From: an uncultured Pseudomonadales bacterium
GTDB taxonomy: Bacteria > Patescibacteriota > Microgenomatia > UBA1400 > Chazhemtobacteraceae
Direction: 5' to 3'
DNA: 64,000 nucleotides
NCBI GenBank assembly: GCA_964618725.1
Contig: CAZUBK010000001.1
Coordinates: 2,079 to 66,078 of the forward strand
Positions 56,666 through 64,000 of the stretch are shown here, piece by piece. The notes below the pieces were generated by a model. That model did no database searches, was not told the DNA's origin, and worked only from the letters and a program-made list of their open reading frames with translations. Position numbers and translations under genes: made by a program. Positions within the stretch are counted from its first letter, which is position 1; every line of letters begins with the position of its first letter.

Positions 56666-57152
56666 AGTTGGCAACTTCTTCAACTTTATTTTCGAGCGAA
56701 TCAAATATTTTCTTTAAATCAGATCCTTTAGCTTGCACTGTTCTAGTTGGAACAACCGGACTGAACAACATCCATTCTTGTTCATAAATCTTTGGATCAA
56801 TATAGATGTCATATTGGACATTGAACCCGAATGGATATGCACAACCTGGTTTGGCACCAAAGTATTCATTTAATTCTTCAGGTGTAGAGAGTCTCACTTT
56901 ATTTACGTCTAACTTTTCTTTAATTGCATCAAAATTTACCTTTTTACCCTGAAGGGTAATATAAACAATAAACCTGTCTCCAGCTTTTAGAACCATACAT
57001 TTCATCTCTGTTCCAAAAAAACCGGTTTCTTTTTGTACAGCTTCAAGTTCTTCCCATGTTAAAGCTTCTCTGTGAGAAAATAATTTATATTCAACTTGAT
57101 TGCTATCAAGGAGACTGATTAATTTTTCGTAGATAATATTTGGATCAATCAT
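56655..57152 (-). CDS. YbaK/ProX aminoacyl-tRNA deacylase family protein
   Basis: MKCMVLK, VRLSTPEEL, GAKPGCAYPFG. Confidence 0.85.
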   Translation of the reverse strand: MIDPNIIYEKLISLLDSNQVEYKLFSHREALTWEELEAVQKETGFFGTEMKCMVLKAGDRFIVYITLQGKKVNFDAIKEKLDVNKVRLSTPEELNEYFGAKPGCAYPFGFNVQYDIYIDPKIYEQEWMLFSPVVPTRTVQAKGSDLKKIFDSLENKVEEVANFNQ

Positions 57153-57192
57153 GTGTTATTTCTTGTCAGTTTATGTAACTGTCTGTCATTTT

Positions 57193-57331
57193 GGAGCTGG
57201 TAACGATAATGTGCTCGAACCTATACGACCTTTTAACTCCGAAACTGATTTTACAACTCAAGGAACTCAAACGCCATATGGGTATCCTTGATTTCACAAA
57301 ACCATATATCAAAAAACCACCTAAAAGGTAA
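57193..57331 (+). repeat. att-like junction plus orphan coding tail, copy 2
   Basis: GGAGCTGGTAACGATAATGTGCTCGAACCT, translating ELVTIMCSNLYDLLTPKLILQLKELKRHMGI... Confidence 0.55.
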
Positions 57332-57340
57332 TATACGTTA

Positions 57341-58273
57341 TTAATACTGATTGTCGAAATTATCTATCTCAGCTTTAATTAATTTAGCTACAGCCCCAGG
57401 ATCTTTATAAATCACCGTATGTCCACCCGGCAAGGTCGTAAGTGTTGATTCCTGTAATCTCTCTTGCATTTTCTTTGCTTGATCTAGTGTAACTTTCTTA
57501 TCTGATTCTCCCCAAATTAAAATTGTCGGTATGGAAATAGATTCCAACTTTTTAAATTGATCTTCGGTATGGGTGAGAATAAATGTTTGCCCCATGATGG
57601 CTCGTTCAGAATAGGGTATTTTACTTATCTGATCATCGGGTACTGAGAGCATCAGCGAAATAAACGTGTTTTTAATATTACTTGGGATTACTCTTGCCTG
57701 TAGTGAAAAAGTAAAAATATTTCCTAGCGTTCGAACAAGTCTAGGGTAGAGGAAGTCTTTATCAGTTGTGTTTGAGTCTACCAAGACCAAATATTTTATT
57801 GAGTCTGGAAAAAGTGAGGCGTACGAAGCCGCTATTCCTCCGCCAAAAGATTGTCCAACAATAATTGGACTTTCTATTTCCAGCTTTTCAACAACTTTCG
57901 CAAAATGCCGAGCATAATCATCATTTGACCAAGGAGCTTTTGGGGTTGAAGATCGATCAAGCCCTGGAACTTCCATCGTGTATACTCGAAAACCTTGCTC
58001 GTGGAGTGCTGTTGTCACTGCATCATTATTCGTATAAGACCCACCCCAGCCATGTATAAAGATAATGGGCTGTTGTTCTGCCTGACCAAGAGTTCTGTAA
58101 TGAATCGTTATACCGTCAATTTCAGCAGTGTGATCCTCAATTTGAGTATTGACCGGAAGTTGTTTTGTAGGAGCGATAAACTCATAGAGTCCGGCGTAAA
58201 AGAAAACAAATATGAAAAGTGAAAGAAAAATAACTCCAAATACAATCAGGAAAATTATGATTTTCTTTTTCAT
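57341..58273 (-). CDS. Membrane-anchored alpha/beta hydrolase
   Basis: FIHGWGG, GQSFGG nucleophile elbow, WGESD, GGH. Confidence 0.9.
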   Translation of the reverse strand: MKKKIIIFLIVFGVIFLSLFIFVFFYAGLYEFIAPTKQLPVNTQIEDHTAEIDGITIHYRTLGQAEQQPIIFIHGWGGSYTNNDAVTTALHEQGFRVYTMEVPGLDRSSTPKAPWSNDDYARHFAKVVEKLEIESPIIVGQSFGGGIAASYASLFPDSIKYLVLVDSNTTDKDFLYPRLVRTLGNIFTFSLQARVIPSNIKNTFISLMLSVPDDQISKIPYSERAIMGQTFILTHTEDQFKKLESISIPTILIWGESDKKVTLDQAKKMQERLQESTLTTLPGGHTVIYKDPGAVAKLIKAEIDNFDNQY

Positions 58274-58416
58274 CAATCTAAGTATATCAACAGCGTGATA
58301 AAATGACCTTACCGAATGATCTCTGTGGTGAAGGTACCTTACTTTTAGGGAACTGATGGCACACAAGTGATCCATCTTAGCTGCAGGGATCGCCCTTCAG
58401 GGTAGAAAATACAACT

Positions 58417-59031
58417 ATGGATTGGAACTTAGACAAAACTAACAAGATCAATGCTTTAGTTTTAACAGCTCATCCTGACGATGAAACTATATTTTGTGGT
58501 GGAACAATTTTGACAAATCCAAATTGGAGTTGGAGTTTTATTTGCGTGACCATGCAGATGGGAACTCCTAGACCCCAAGAATTTACGCACGCTATCGAGA
58601 TGTACAAAGGTTATGGAGTAAATGTAGTTTCTAGCATTACCTTAGAACAAAAGGATGAGGGGCAAGAACTTAGTGAACAAGAATTAAACACTTGGAAATC
58701 TCTAATTCAAGAAAAAGCTGGAGTCCCAGATATTGTCTTTACTCATAACCAGGAGGGTGAATACGGCCATTCTCACCATAGATCGATAAATAGGTTAGCT
58801 AACGAATTATTTGAAAATGTTTGGGAGTTTATTTGTCCCGGCGCTGTGAACGTGGCACCTCAGCCGTTTAAGGCACAAAATAATATTGTCCCGCTCAGTC
58901 AAGATATTCTCAATAAAAAAACTGAAATTTTTAACCGCAGTTACACAACTCAGCTTGCTTGCTGGAAAGTGCTTCCAGAAATAATGCAGTACGAATTTAG
59001 AACGGGTCCGGAAATTTTTACTTCGAAATAA
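58417..59031 (+). CDS. PIG-L/LmbE-family deacetylase
   Basis: AHPDDE, THNQEGEYGHSHH. Confidence 0.85.
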   Translation: MDWNLDKTNKINALVLTAHPDDETIFCGGTILTNPNWSWSFICVTMQMGTPRPQEFTHAIEMYKGYGVNVVSSITLEQKDEGQELSEQELNTWKSLIQEKAGVPDIVFTHNQEGEYGHSHHRSINRLANELFENVWEFICPGAVNVAPQPFKAQNNIVPLSQDILNKKTEIFNRSYTTQLACWKVLPEIMQYEFRTGPEIFTSK

Positions 59032-59046
59032 AGAGGTCTCAATATT

Positions 59047-59697
59047 CTAATTTATTCCCGCTGATTTGGCGATAATGTTAGCAAGTAGGTTGATGCCTAG
59101 GTCTTTGCCTAACCCTAATGCGAATACACACCATTTTTGAATCTTCTCCCAACTGACATTACCTTTTTCTAGTTCTAGCTGGATATCTTTAACTTGTTTT
59201 ACTAACTTTTCTTTATTTTTTCTGTCAGATTGTTCTATATTTTGTATTATCACTTGAAAGTTGCTGGTTTTATATTCAACTTCCACCTCGTTTTTAACTT
59301 CATTGATATTGGTTATCTGAAACTTAGGCGAGTTATCAATGGAGGGCGGCGGAGTTTCTTCTAGAACGAGGTCATTCTCATAACCACTTTTAACTGCTTC
59401 AAGAATGCCGACACCATGTCTCAAGTAAGTTTCAGTGCTTGATGGCTTGCAGTTTTCCTCGAACTCTTTGACATATGTGCTGTATGACCCAAGAATTTTT
59501 TTCAAAAAGGCGAGAGACTTCATTCTCCATGAAGGATAGCCATTATGATTGACATCAGTGTAGTATTGAACAGTTGGTTCGTGTTCTTCATATACATCAA
59601 ACGACCAGTTTTGAGTTTCGTAAGATTTTGTCACGATTAGGCTATTACCCTCTTGAATCAAAGAGCTTAGATGGTTGATTGTTTCTTCTTTTGTCAT
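59047..59697 (-). CDS. Hypothetical helical protein, downstream partner of the nuclease
   Basis: 216-aa ORF starting 4 nt after the nuclease stop. Confidence 0.65.
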   Translation of the reverse strand: MTKEETINHLSSLIQEGNSLIVTKSYETQNWSFDVYEEHEPTVQYYTDVNHNGYPSWRMKSLAFLKKILGSYSTYVKEFEENCKPSSTETYLRHGVGILEAVKSGYENDLVLEETPPPSIDNSPKFQITNINEVKNEVEVEYKTSNFQVIIQNIEQSDRKNKEKLVKQVKDIQLELEKGNVSWEKIQKWCVFALGLGKDLGINLLANIIAKSAGIN

Positions 59698-59701
59698 TTT
59701 T

Positions 59702-60859
59702 TTAGTAAATACTATCCCTTAATTCTCTATAAGCTTCAAAGCCAGTTTCTTGTGTAGGCTTTAAGTAAGTGTTGACGACAAACTTCTCCTCAAAGCTGCC
59801 CATTCTTATCATCTGGAGGATTTTTCGCTCGGCCAGTTCTTTGATAGCGTAGTCAAGCTCGTCATTGCTGAATTTCCATGTACCCCTCTGCAAAGTCTCA
59901 GAGATCTGTATTTCAAGTTTTCTCGTTTCCTTCTGATAAGTGTAAGTAACCAAGACTGTAGTATTAAGTCCCGTGCGTGGCAAGGTTTCAACCTCATCGA
60001 TTGTGAATTTAATCAATGGCTGCGCGGGAATATAATCGCCTGGATCTGGATGTATTCGGTAAAATGCCTGGCTTGGAACAAGCTGGATCTTAAACATCCT
60101 CTCAGAGAAAAACCAATTACCTTTGCCATTTCTAAATTCAAAGTGTAGTCGCAACTCCCTGATCTGATTCTTTCCCATAAAATCGTGCTTCATGGCAATC
60201 CTGAGATCCTTTTTCTCCTGTGGAGCTAAGGTAAAGTTCTTTGGTCCGCCAGGATACCCTCCCCAAGCAAAGCCTTTTATTTCCCAACTACACTCAACCG
60301 CCGGCACATCGCCGGTATTGATTGTCACGAAGGTTGTGTCATGGGTGCCAGTGGCAATCAATCCATCCACATCAATTTGAGGCAAGTGTTCTTCTTCCTC
60401 TGAAATGTTGAAAAACTTTTTGAGAGCATCGGGATCATTCCAAATCTTTTTATCAAGGACTACCGGACCCCAGAAATCCGGTATTGGTAAATCAATGCTC
60501 TGGGCATAGGCCTTGGCCCTATCTTTCGCGTCCGGTGACGCGGGAGAGGAAATCACAAAATAAATTCTTCTGGGGAGCTTAATCTCTCCAGCTTTAACAT
60601 AGCCGGTAATTTTATCTAACTCTGTTTTGAGAACACTGTAGGTAATCTCTTTGTACCTTTTACATTGAAAGTAATCTAGCTCGTCCTCAAAGGTGATGCC
60701 AATAACATCCCTACCTTTGTCGCCGGAGCCTTCGTAGTAGTCAACAGTCCTATATTCACCCGTGCCATCAGCCATCCAGTGACCAAGTTGAGCGAATTTA
60801 TCAGACGGGAGTAAGTTGAAATCAAGATTGTGGTGTGTCGCCGTTAAACGCCCTGTCAT
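59702..60859 (-). CDS. Mrr-like PD-(D/E)XK restriction endonuclease domain with an unknown C-terminal region
   Basis: GSGDKGRDV..YFQCKRY motif. Confidence 0.75.
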   Translation of the reverse strand: MTGRLTATHHNLDFNLLPSDKFAQLGHWMADGTGEYRTVDYYEGSGDKGRDVIGITFEDELDYFQCKRYKEITYSVLKTELDKITGYVKAGEIKLPRRIYFVISSPASPDAKDRAKAYAQSIDLPIPDFWGPVVLDKKIWNDPDALKKFFNISEEEEHLPQIDVDGLIATGTHDTTFVTINTGDVPAVECSWEIKGFAWGGYPGGPKNFTLAPQEKKDLRIAMKHDFMGKNQIRELRLHFEFRNGKGNWFFSERMFKIQLVPSQAFYRIHPDPGDYIPAQPLIKFTIDEVETLPRTGLNTTVLVTYTYQKETRKLEIQISETLQRGTWKFSNDELDYAIKELAERKILQMIRMGSFEEKFVVNTYLKPTQETGFEAYRELRDSIY

Positions 60860-61036
60860 AATGATTTGATTTTAGCAGACAGGTGCGTTGATTGCTATAA
60901 TAACTACGGGTTCGAACCTCGTTACCGGTATTTTTCACTTCCAGGCTAACGTCTAAAAACAAAAAAACCTGGCTCGAACCAGGCTAAATTGCGATTTTAA
61001 GGCTAAAAAACCAAAAAACGAGAAGTAATTCCCGTA

Positions 61037-61110
61037 TGGAGCGGGATACGGGAATCGAACCCGTGTAAGCTGATTGGCAACCAGCTACTCTACCATTGAG
61101 CTAATCCCGC
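61037..61110 (-). tRNA. tRNA-Gly(GCC)
   Basis: GCGGGAT...ATCCCGCTCCA; anticodon loop TTGCCAA. Confidence 0.95.
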
Positions 61111-61175
61111 TTGCGCGGATCCAAGGAGCCGCTTGAGTTATTTTTGTATTCGTATTTTAAAAATTGCTTGATTTA

Positions 61176-61251
61176 TGGTGCCAAGCTGAGGATTCGAACC
61201 TCAATCTGATGATTTTCAGTCATCCGCCGTGACCATCTTGGCTAGCTTGGC
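61176..61251 (-). tRNA. tRNA-Phe(GAA)
   Basis: GCCAAGC...GCTTGGCACCA; GATGA-CTGAAAA-TCATC arm. Confidence 0.95.
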
Positions 61252-61670
61252 ATGTTTTTGTGAGTGCGAATTCTATGACAATTAGCACAAACTATATCAC
61301 ATTTGTCTATTTCTTTTTTGATTTTTTCTATTGAAAAATTCCAATGAACCATGGCTGCAACATCATTTATTTTGTCCTTTGGATCTCGATGATCTAGATC
61401 CATCACATAAGGTGGATATTTCTTGCCACAGTCCATACAGGGTTTATCTTTGTACTTAATCAAGAACTGTCGTTTGATGGCTACTCCTTTTCTTGTTCGC
61501 ATCATGGTCAATTTTTTCAAATGATCGATATTTTGGCGGTAATAGGTTTTACCCCTTTCTTTCATGCATTGTTTGCATTTCTCGTAGGTTGTGCCAGCTT
61601 TGGGGCCAGTTTTTCGTTTGTAAAACTGTGATAGTTCTTTTGGAGTGTTACATTTCGGGCAGTATTTCAT
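61242..61670 (-). CDS. Zinc-finger HNH endonuclease
   Basis: CPKC..CKQC, PCMDCG..MDLDHRD..CDIVCANCHRIRTH. Confidence 0.85.
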   Translation of the reverse strand: MKYCPKCNTPKELSQFYKRKTGPKAGTTYEKCKQCMKERGKTYYRQNIDHLKKLTMMRTRKGVAIKRQFLIKYKDKPCMDCGKKYPPYVMDLDHRDPKDKINDVAAMVHWNFSIEKIKKEIDKCDIVCANCHRIRTHKNMPS

Positions 61671-61828
61671 AGTAATTAGTATGAAAAAAACCCGAAGTAA
61701 AGTCAAATTTAAGGCGAATCTTTAAAGGTGCAAACGAAACTCAGTCAGAGTATATTTTACCACGACTGACAGAGAGAGTAGTATATGGCTTAAAGTACAT
61801 TAACAAACTGGTAAAGAGAAGGTTAATA

Positions 61829-62866
61829 ATGAGAACAGCGGTGGTGACGGGTGTATCTGGCTTTGTTGGCTGGCATATGGCCAAGGAATTGCTTGATAGC
61901 GGCTTTATTGTAAATGGATTGGATATTAATGAGCCAGCAGGTAGCCTACTAAAAAGCGAGAGATTTAGTTTTAAGCAAGTTGATCTGACTAAACCTAAGA
62001 CGATAAACAATCGGGAATGCGTTGATTTGGTGAGAAAAGCGAATATGGTTTTTCATATCGCTGGGCTATTTGACTATGAAGCGTCGCTTGATCGATTGTT
62101 TGAGGTCAATGTCTTGGGGACGCGGAATCTGCTTGATTTGATAATGGATGTCGGCGAGATTGTTCCATCGGTGATTGTTTGGGGGGCGGGTGGAGTCTTT
62201 GGCGACTTTACCCATTTACCTAAAGACAATGGACAGACCGTACCAGCTACTGAAGATATGCCAGTAAGGACAAACAATCCTTACTTACTGTCAAAGTGGT
62301 ATACCGAGCTTGAGGCATTACGCTTTTATCAGCGTTTCGAGCTGCCGGTGAGTGTAATTCGACCCTCAGCCATTTACGGACCAAGGTCTCAATATGGCAT
62401 GGCCAAAGCAATCTTGTTGATTGGACAGGGGGTCTTACCGCCTTTTATTGTTGGTAGTGGATGTAACTTTGGTGCTTTAGTTCACGTAGATGATATTGTC
62501 GGGGCAGCTAGGTTTTTGGCGGAAATCCCCAAAGCAGCAGGACAAGTGTATCACGTTTCTGATGACGGTCTGTATACCGTAGGACAGATGACTAAGCATA
62601 TGGCCAAGGAACTTGGCGTCCCTTTTGTTCCATTCCTCAAGCTACCAAAGCCATTGGCTTGGTGGTTGATTGGGCAGACAGCCGAGCGAGCCAAACAAAT
62701 GGGAGTGCGGTCGGTGGTAGATTACGAATTTGTTAATTTGGTGACGATGAACTCGAGACTGAGTAATAAAAAGCTAAAGAGCTTGGGTTATGTCTTCGAA
62801 TACTCAGACACATTAGTCGGATTGTCGCAAACGATCGCTTGGTACAAGAAGGTAGGTTGGGTATGA
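61829..62866 (+). CDS. NAD-dependent epimerase/dehydratase
   Basis: VTGVSGFVG, YLLSK, RPSAIYGP, VHVDD. Confidence 0.9.
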   Translation: MRTAVVTGVSGFVGWHMAKELLDSGFIVNGLDINEPAGSLLKSERFSFKQVDLTKPKTINNRECVDLVRKANMVFHIAGLFDYEASLDRLFEVNVLGTRNLLDLIMDVGEIVPSVIVWGAGGVFGDFTHLPKDNGQTVPATEDMPVRTNNPYLLSKWYTELEALRFYQRFELPVSVIRPSAIYGPRSQYGMAKAILLIGQGVLPPFIVGSGCNFGALVHVDDIVGAARFLAEIPKAAGQVYHVSDDGLYTVGQMTKHMAKELGVPFVPFLKLPKPLAWWLIGQTAERAKQMGVRSVVDYEFVNLVTMNSRLSNKKLKSLGYVFEYSDTLVGLSQTIAWYKKVGWV

Positions 62867-63459
62867 ACAAGAATAGCTTGCTGGGAATCCTCATTTTTAT
62901 GGGACTACTGCTAATTGCCTTATCAGGGTGGTTTTTTACCCTCTTAATTGATTGGTCGATGCTACTGATCATGGGATATATCATGAGTTTTTTTGTCTAT
63001 CGATTCTTAAGTCGACGCTGGAAATGGATGGGGGTGGCAGTAATCTTGCTGCTACCGGTAACCATATTGTCACTGTATGCCGGAGGGATTCTACCCTACT
63101 TTGACAAGATGATGCCTGAACAAGTCTATTTTCATCTGTTGCCCAAGGAAATCTTAGGGATAACTGGCAATGACTTTATGTGGAATGGATTCTTATTGGT
63201 TACCGTTGGTAGGGTCGTTCCTTTATCGATTCAACCGACATACCAATATCTTGGTTTCAATATCTTTGCGGCACTTATTTGGCTTGGAATGTTGATAGTG
63301 TTACCTTGGGCGTCTTTGCGAGGTTATGCCGATTCGACCGTGCCAACCAACTGGCTTAAGGTGTTTGTCCCTGGACTGCTTAAGATGGTGGTTTTGGCGG
63401 TAGTAACAAATGCCTTGTTGATATCAATATCTCTCTTATTAGTTTGGCTGTATTCGTGA
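62863..63459 (+). CDS. Hypothetical membrane protein
   Basis: ATGA overlap with the epimerase; multiple TMs. Confidence 0.65.
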   Translation: MNKNSLLGILIFMGLLLIALSGWFFTLLIDWSMLLIMGYIMSFFVYRFLSRRWKWMGVAVILLLPVTILSLYAGGILPYFDKMMPEQVYFHLLPKEILGITGNDFMWNGFLLVTVGRVVPLSIQPTYQYLGFNIFAALIWLGMLIVLPWASLRGYADSTVPTNWLKVFVPGLLKMVVLAVVTNALLISISLLLVWLYS

Positions 63460-63465
63460 ATTGGT

Positions 63466-63489
63466 TCGCCCGGTATACCGGGCGATTTT
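63466..63489. terminator. Terminator between convergent genes
   Basis: TCGCCCGGTATACCGGGCGA followed by TTTT. Confidence 0.65.
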
Positions 63490-63998
63490 TATATTTGAGC
63501 AACGATAAGGAGGTGACTACCAAGTGAGGGAAAGAAGTCACCTAGCCTCATACTGAGCTGTCTGAGAGATTTGGGGAACCACGGCTTGGTGATGAAGGGA
63601 TTAAAGAAGTTGGGCGAGGTAGCCAGTTTGACCTTGAAACCGTTTTCTTGGAGCTGTTTTCTGAGAATGGGAAGAGTATAGAGATGGATGTGGCCAGCAC
63701 CAACTTTACTGTATTCAAGATACTTGGGATATAGACCGAAAAAGAGCTTAAGACGATTAGGTAATGAGGCAAGATTGGGGGTCGAGATGATTAGAAATCG
63801 TTTTGGCTTAAGAACACGATGGATCTCTGAGAGAAACAAATCAGTATCAAAGAGATGCTCGATTACTTCTAAAGCGAAGATCAGGTCAAATGTATTGCCT
63901 TTGTATGGTAGTGGCTTATCGAGATTATGAACAATTGCGTTTACGTCAATAGATTTCGCCTTTTTAATCGAGGATGACGGCAAATCGAGTCCGAAGGG
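63489..63998 (-). CDS. Class I SAM-dependent methyltransferase, 5' end outside the window
   Basis: LPYKGNTFDLIFALEVIEHL..RVLKP..STPN; the frame is open to the window edge. Confidence 0.85.
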   Translation of the reverse strand, partial: PFGLDLPSSSIKKAKSIDVNAIVHNLDKPLPYKGNTFDLIFALEVIEHLFDTDLFLSEIHRVLKPKRFLIISTPNLASLPNRLKLFFGLYPKYLEYSKVGAGHIHLYTLPILRKQLQENGFKVKLATSPNFFNPFITKPWFPKSLRQLSMRLGDFFPSLGSHLLIVAQI

Positions 63999-64000
63999 AG

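Noticed and set aside
56548-57331. Integron attC sites or a degenerate CRISPR
   Set aside because: No RYYYAAC/GTTRRRY ends or long imperfect palindrome, and only two copies about 645 bp apart. Conservation is protein-like and tRNA-like instead.
60901-60990. Further TCGAACC motifs as additional att copies
   Set aside because: They lack the GGAGC core and the conserved tail; the second lies in a small hairpin that may be the tRNA terminator.
1-64000. CRISPR array, rRNA or intact prophage
   Set aside because: I saw no regularly spaced repeats, rRNA-like sequence or phage structural genes. The holin-family gene is a YvlD-like housekeeping neighbour of secG.

Overview
Bacterial chromosome segment that looks like a Patescibacteria/CPR (Microgenomates-like) genome. 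This is an inference from the compact gene set, archaeal-type PGI/PMI, short HolA and mostly leaderless genes. Housekeeping blocks: ruvCAB, holA, a pgm-pgi-ppsA-eno-gpmI-acs-OFOR carbon cluster, lexA/uvrB/uvrA/uvrC, secG, typA, pncB-nadE, an adk-like kinase and three tRNAs (Gln, Gly, Phe). Accessory content: two toxin-antitoxin pairs, IS scars and a low-GC island next to tRNA-Gly. The best candidate for a new system is a minus-strand operon at 3268-7039. It runs promoter -> 32-aa very acidic peptide ending in -GE (missed by the ORF track) -> GC hairpin -> two paralogous proteins with GxExE/E-x-S/GxH motifs of the glutamine synthetase/gamma-GCS (PafA/Dop-like) COOH-NH2 ligase fold, and sits opposite an M3 peptidase. 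It may be a Pup/UBact-like tagging or RiPP-like system. Other signals: orphan recombinase-tail/att scars at tRNA-Gly, a candidate LexA operator, a split between leaderless genes and SD+boxA-like genes, and an HNH gene whose stop codon lies inside tRNA-Phe. All calls are by eye; no database searches were run.
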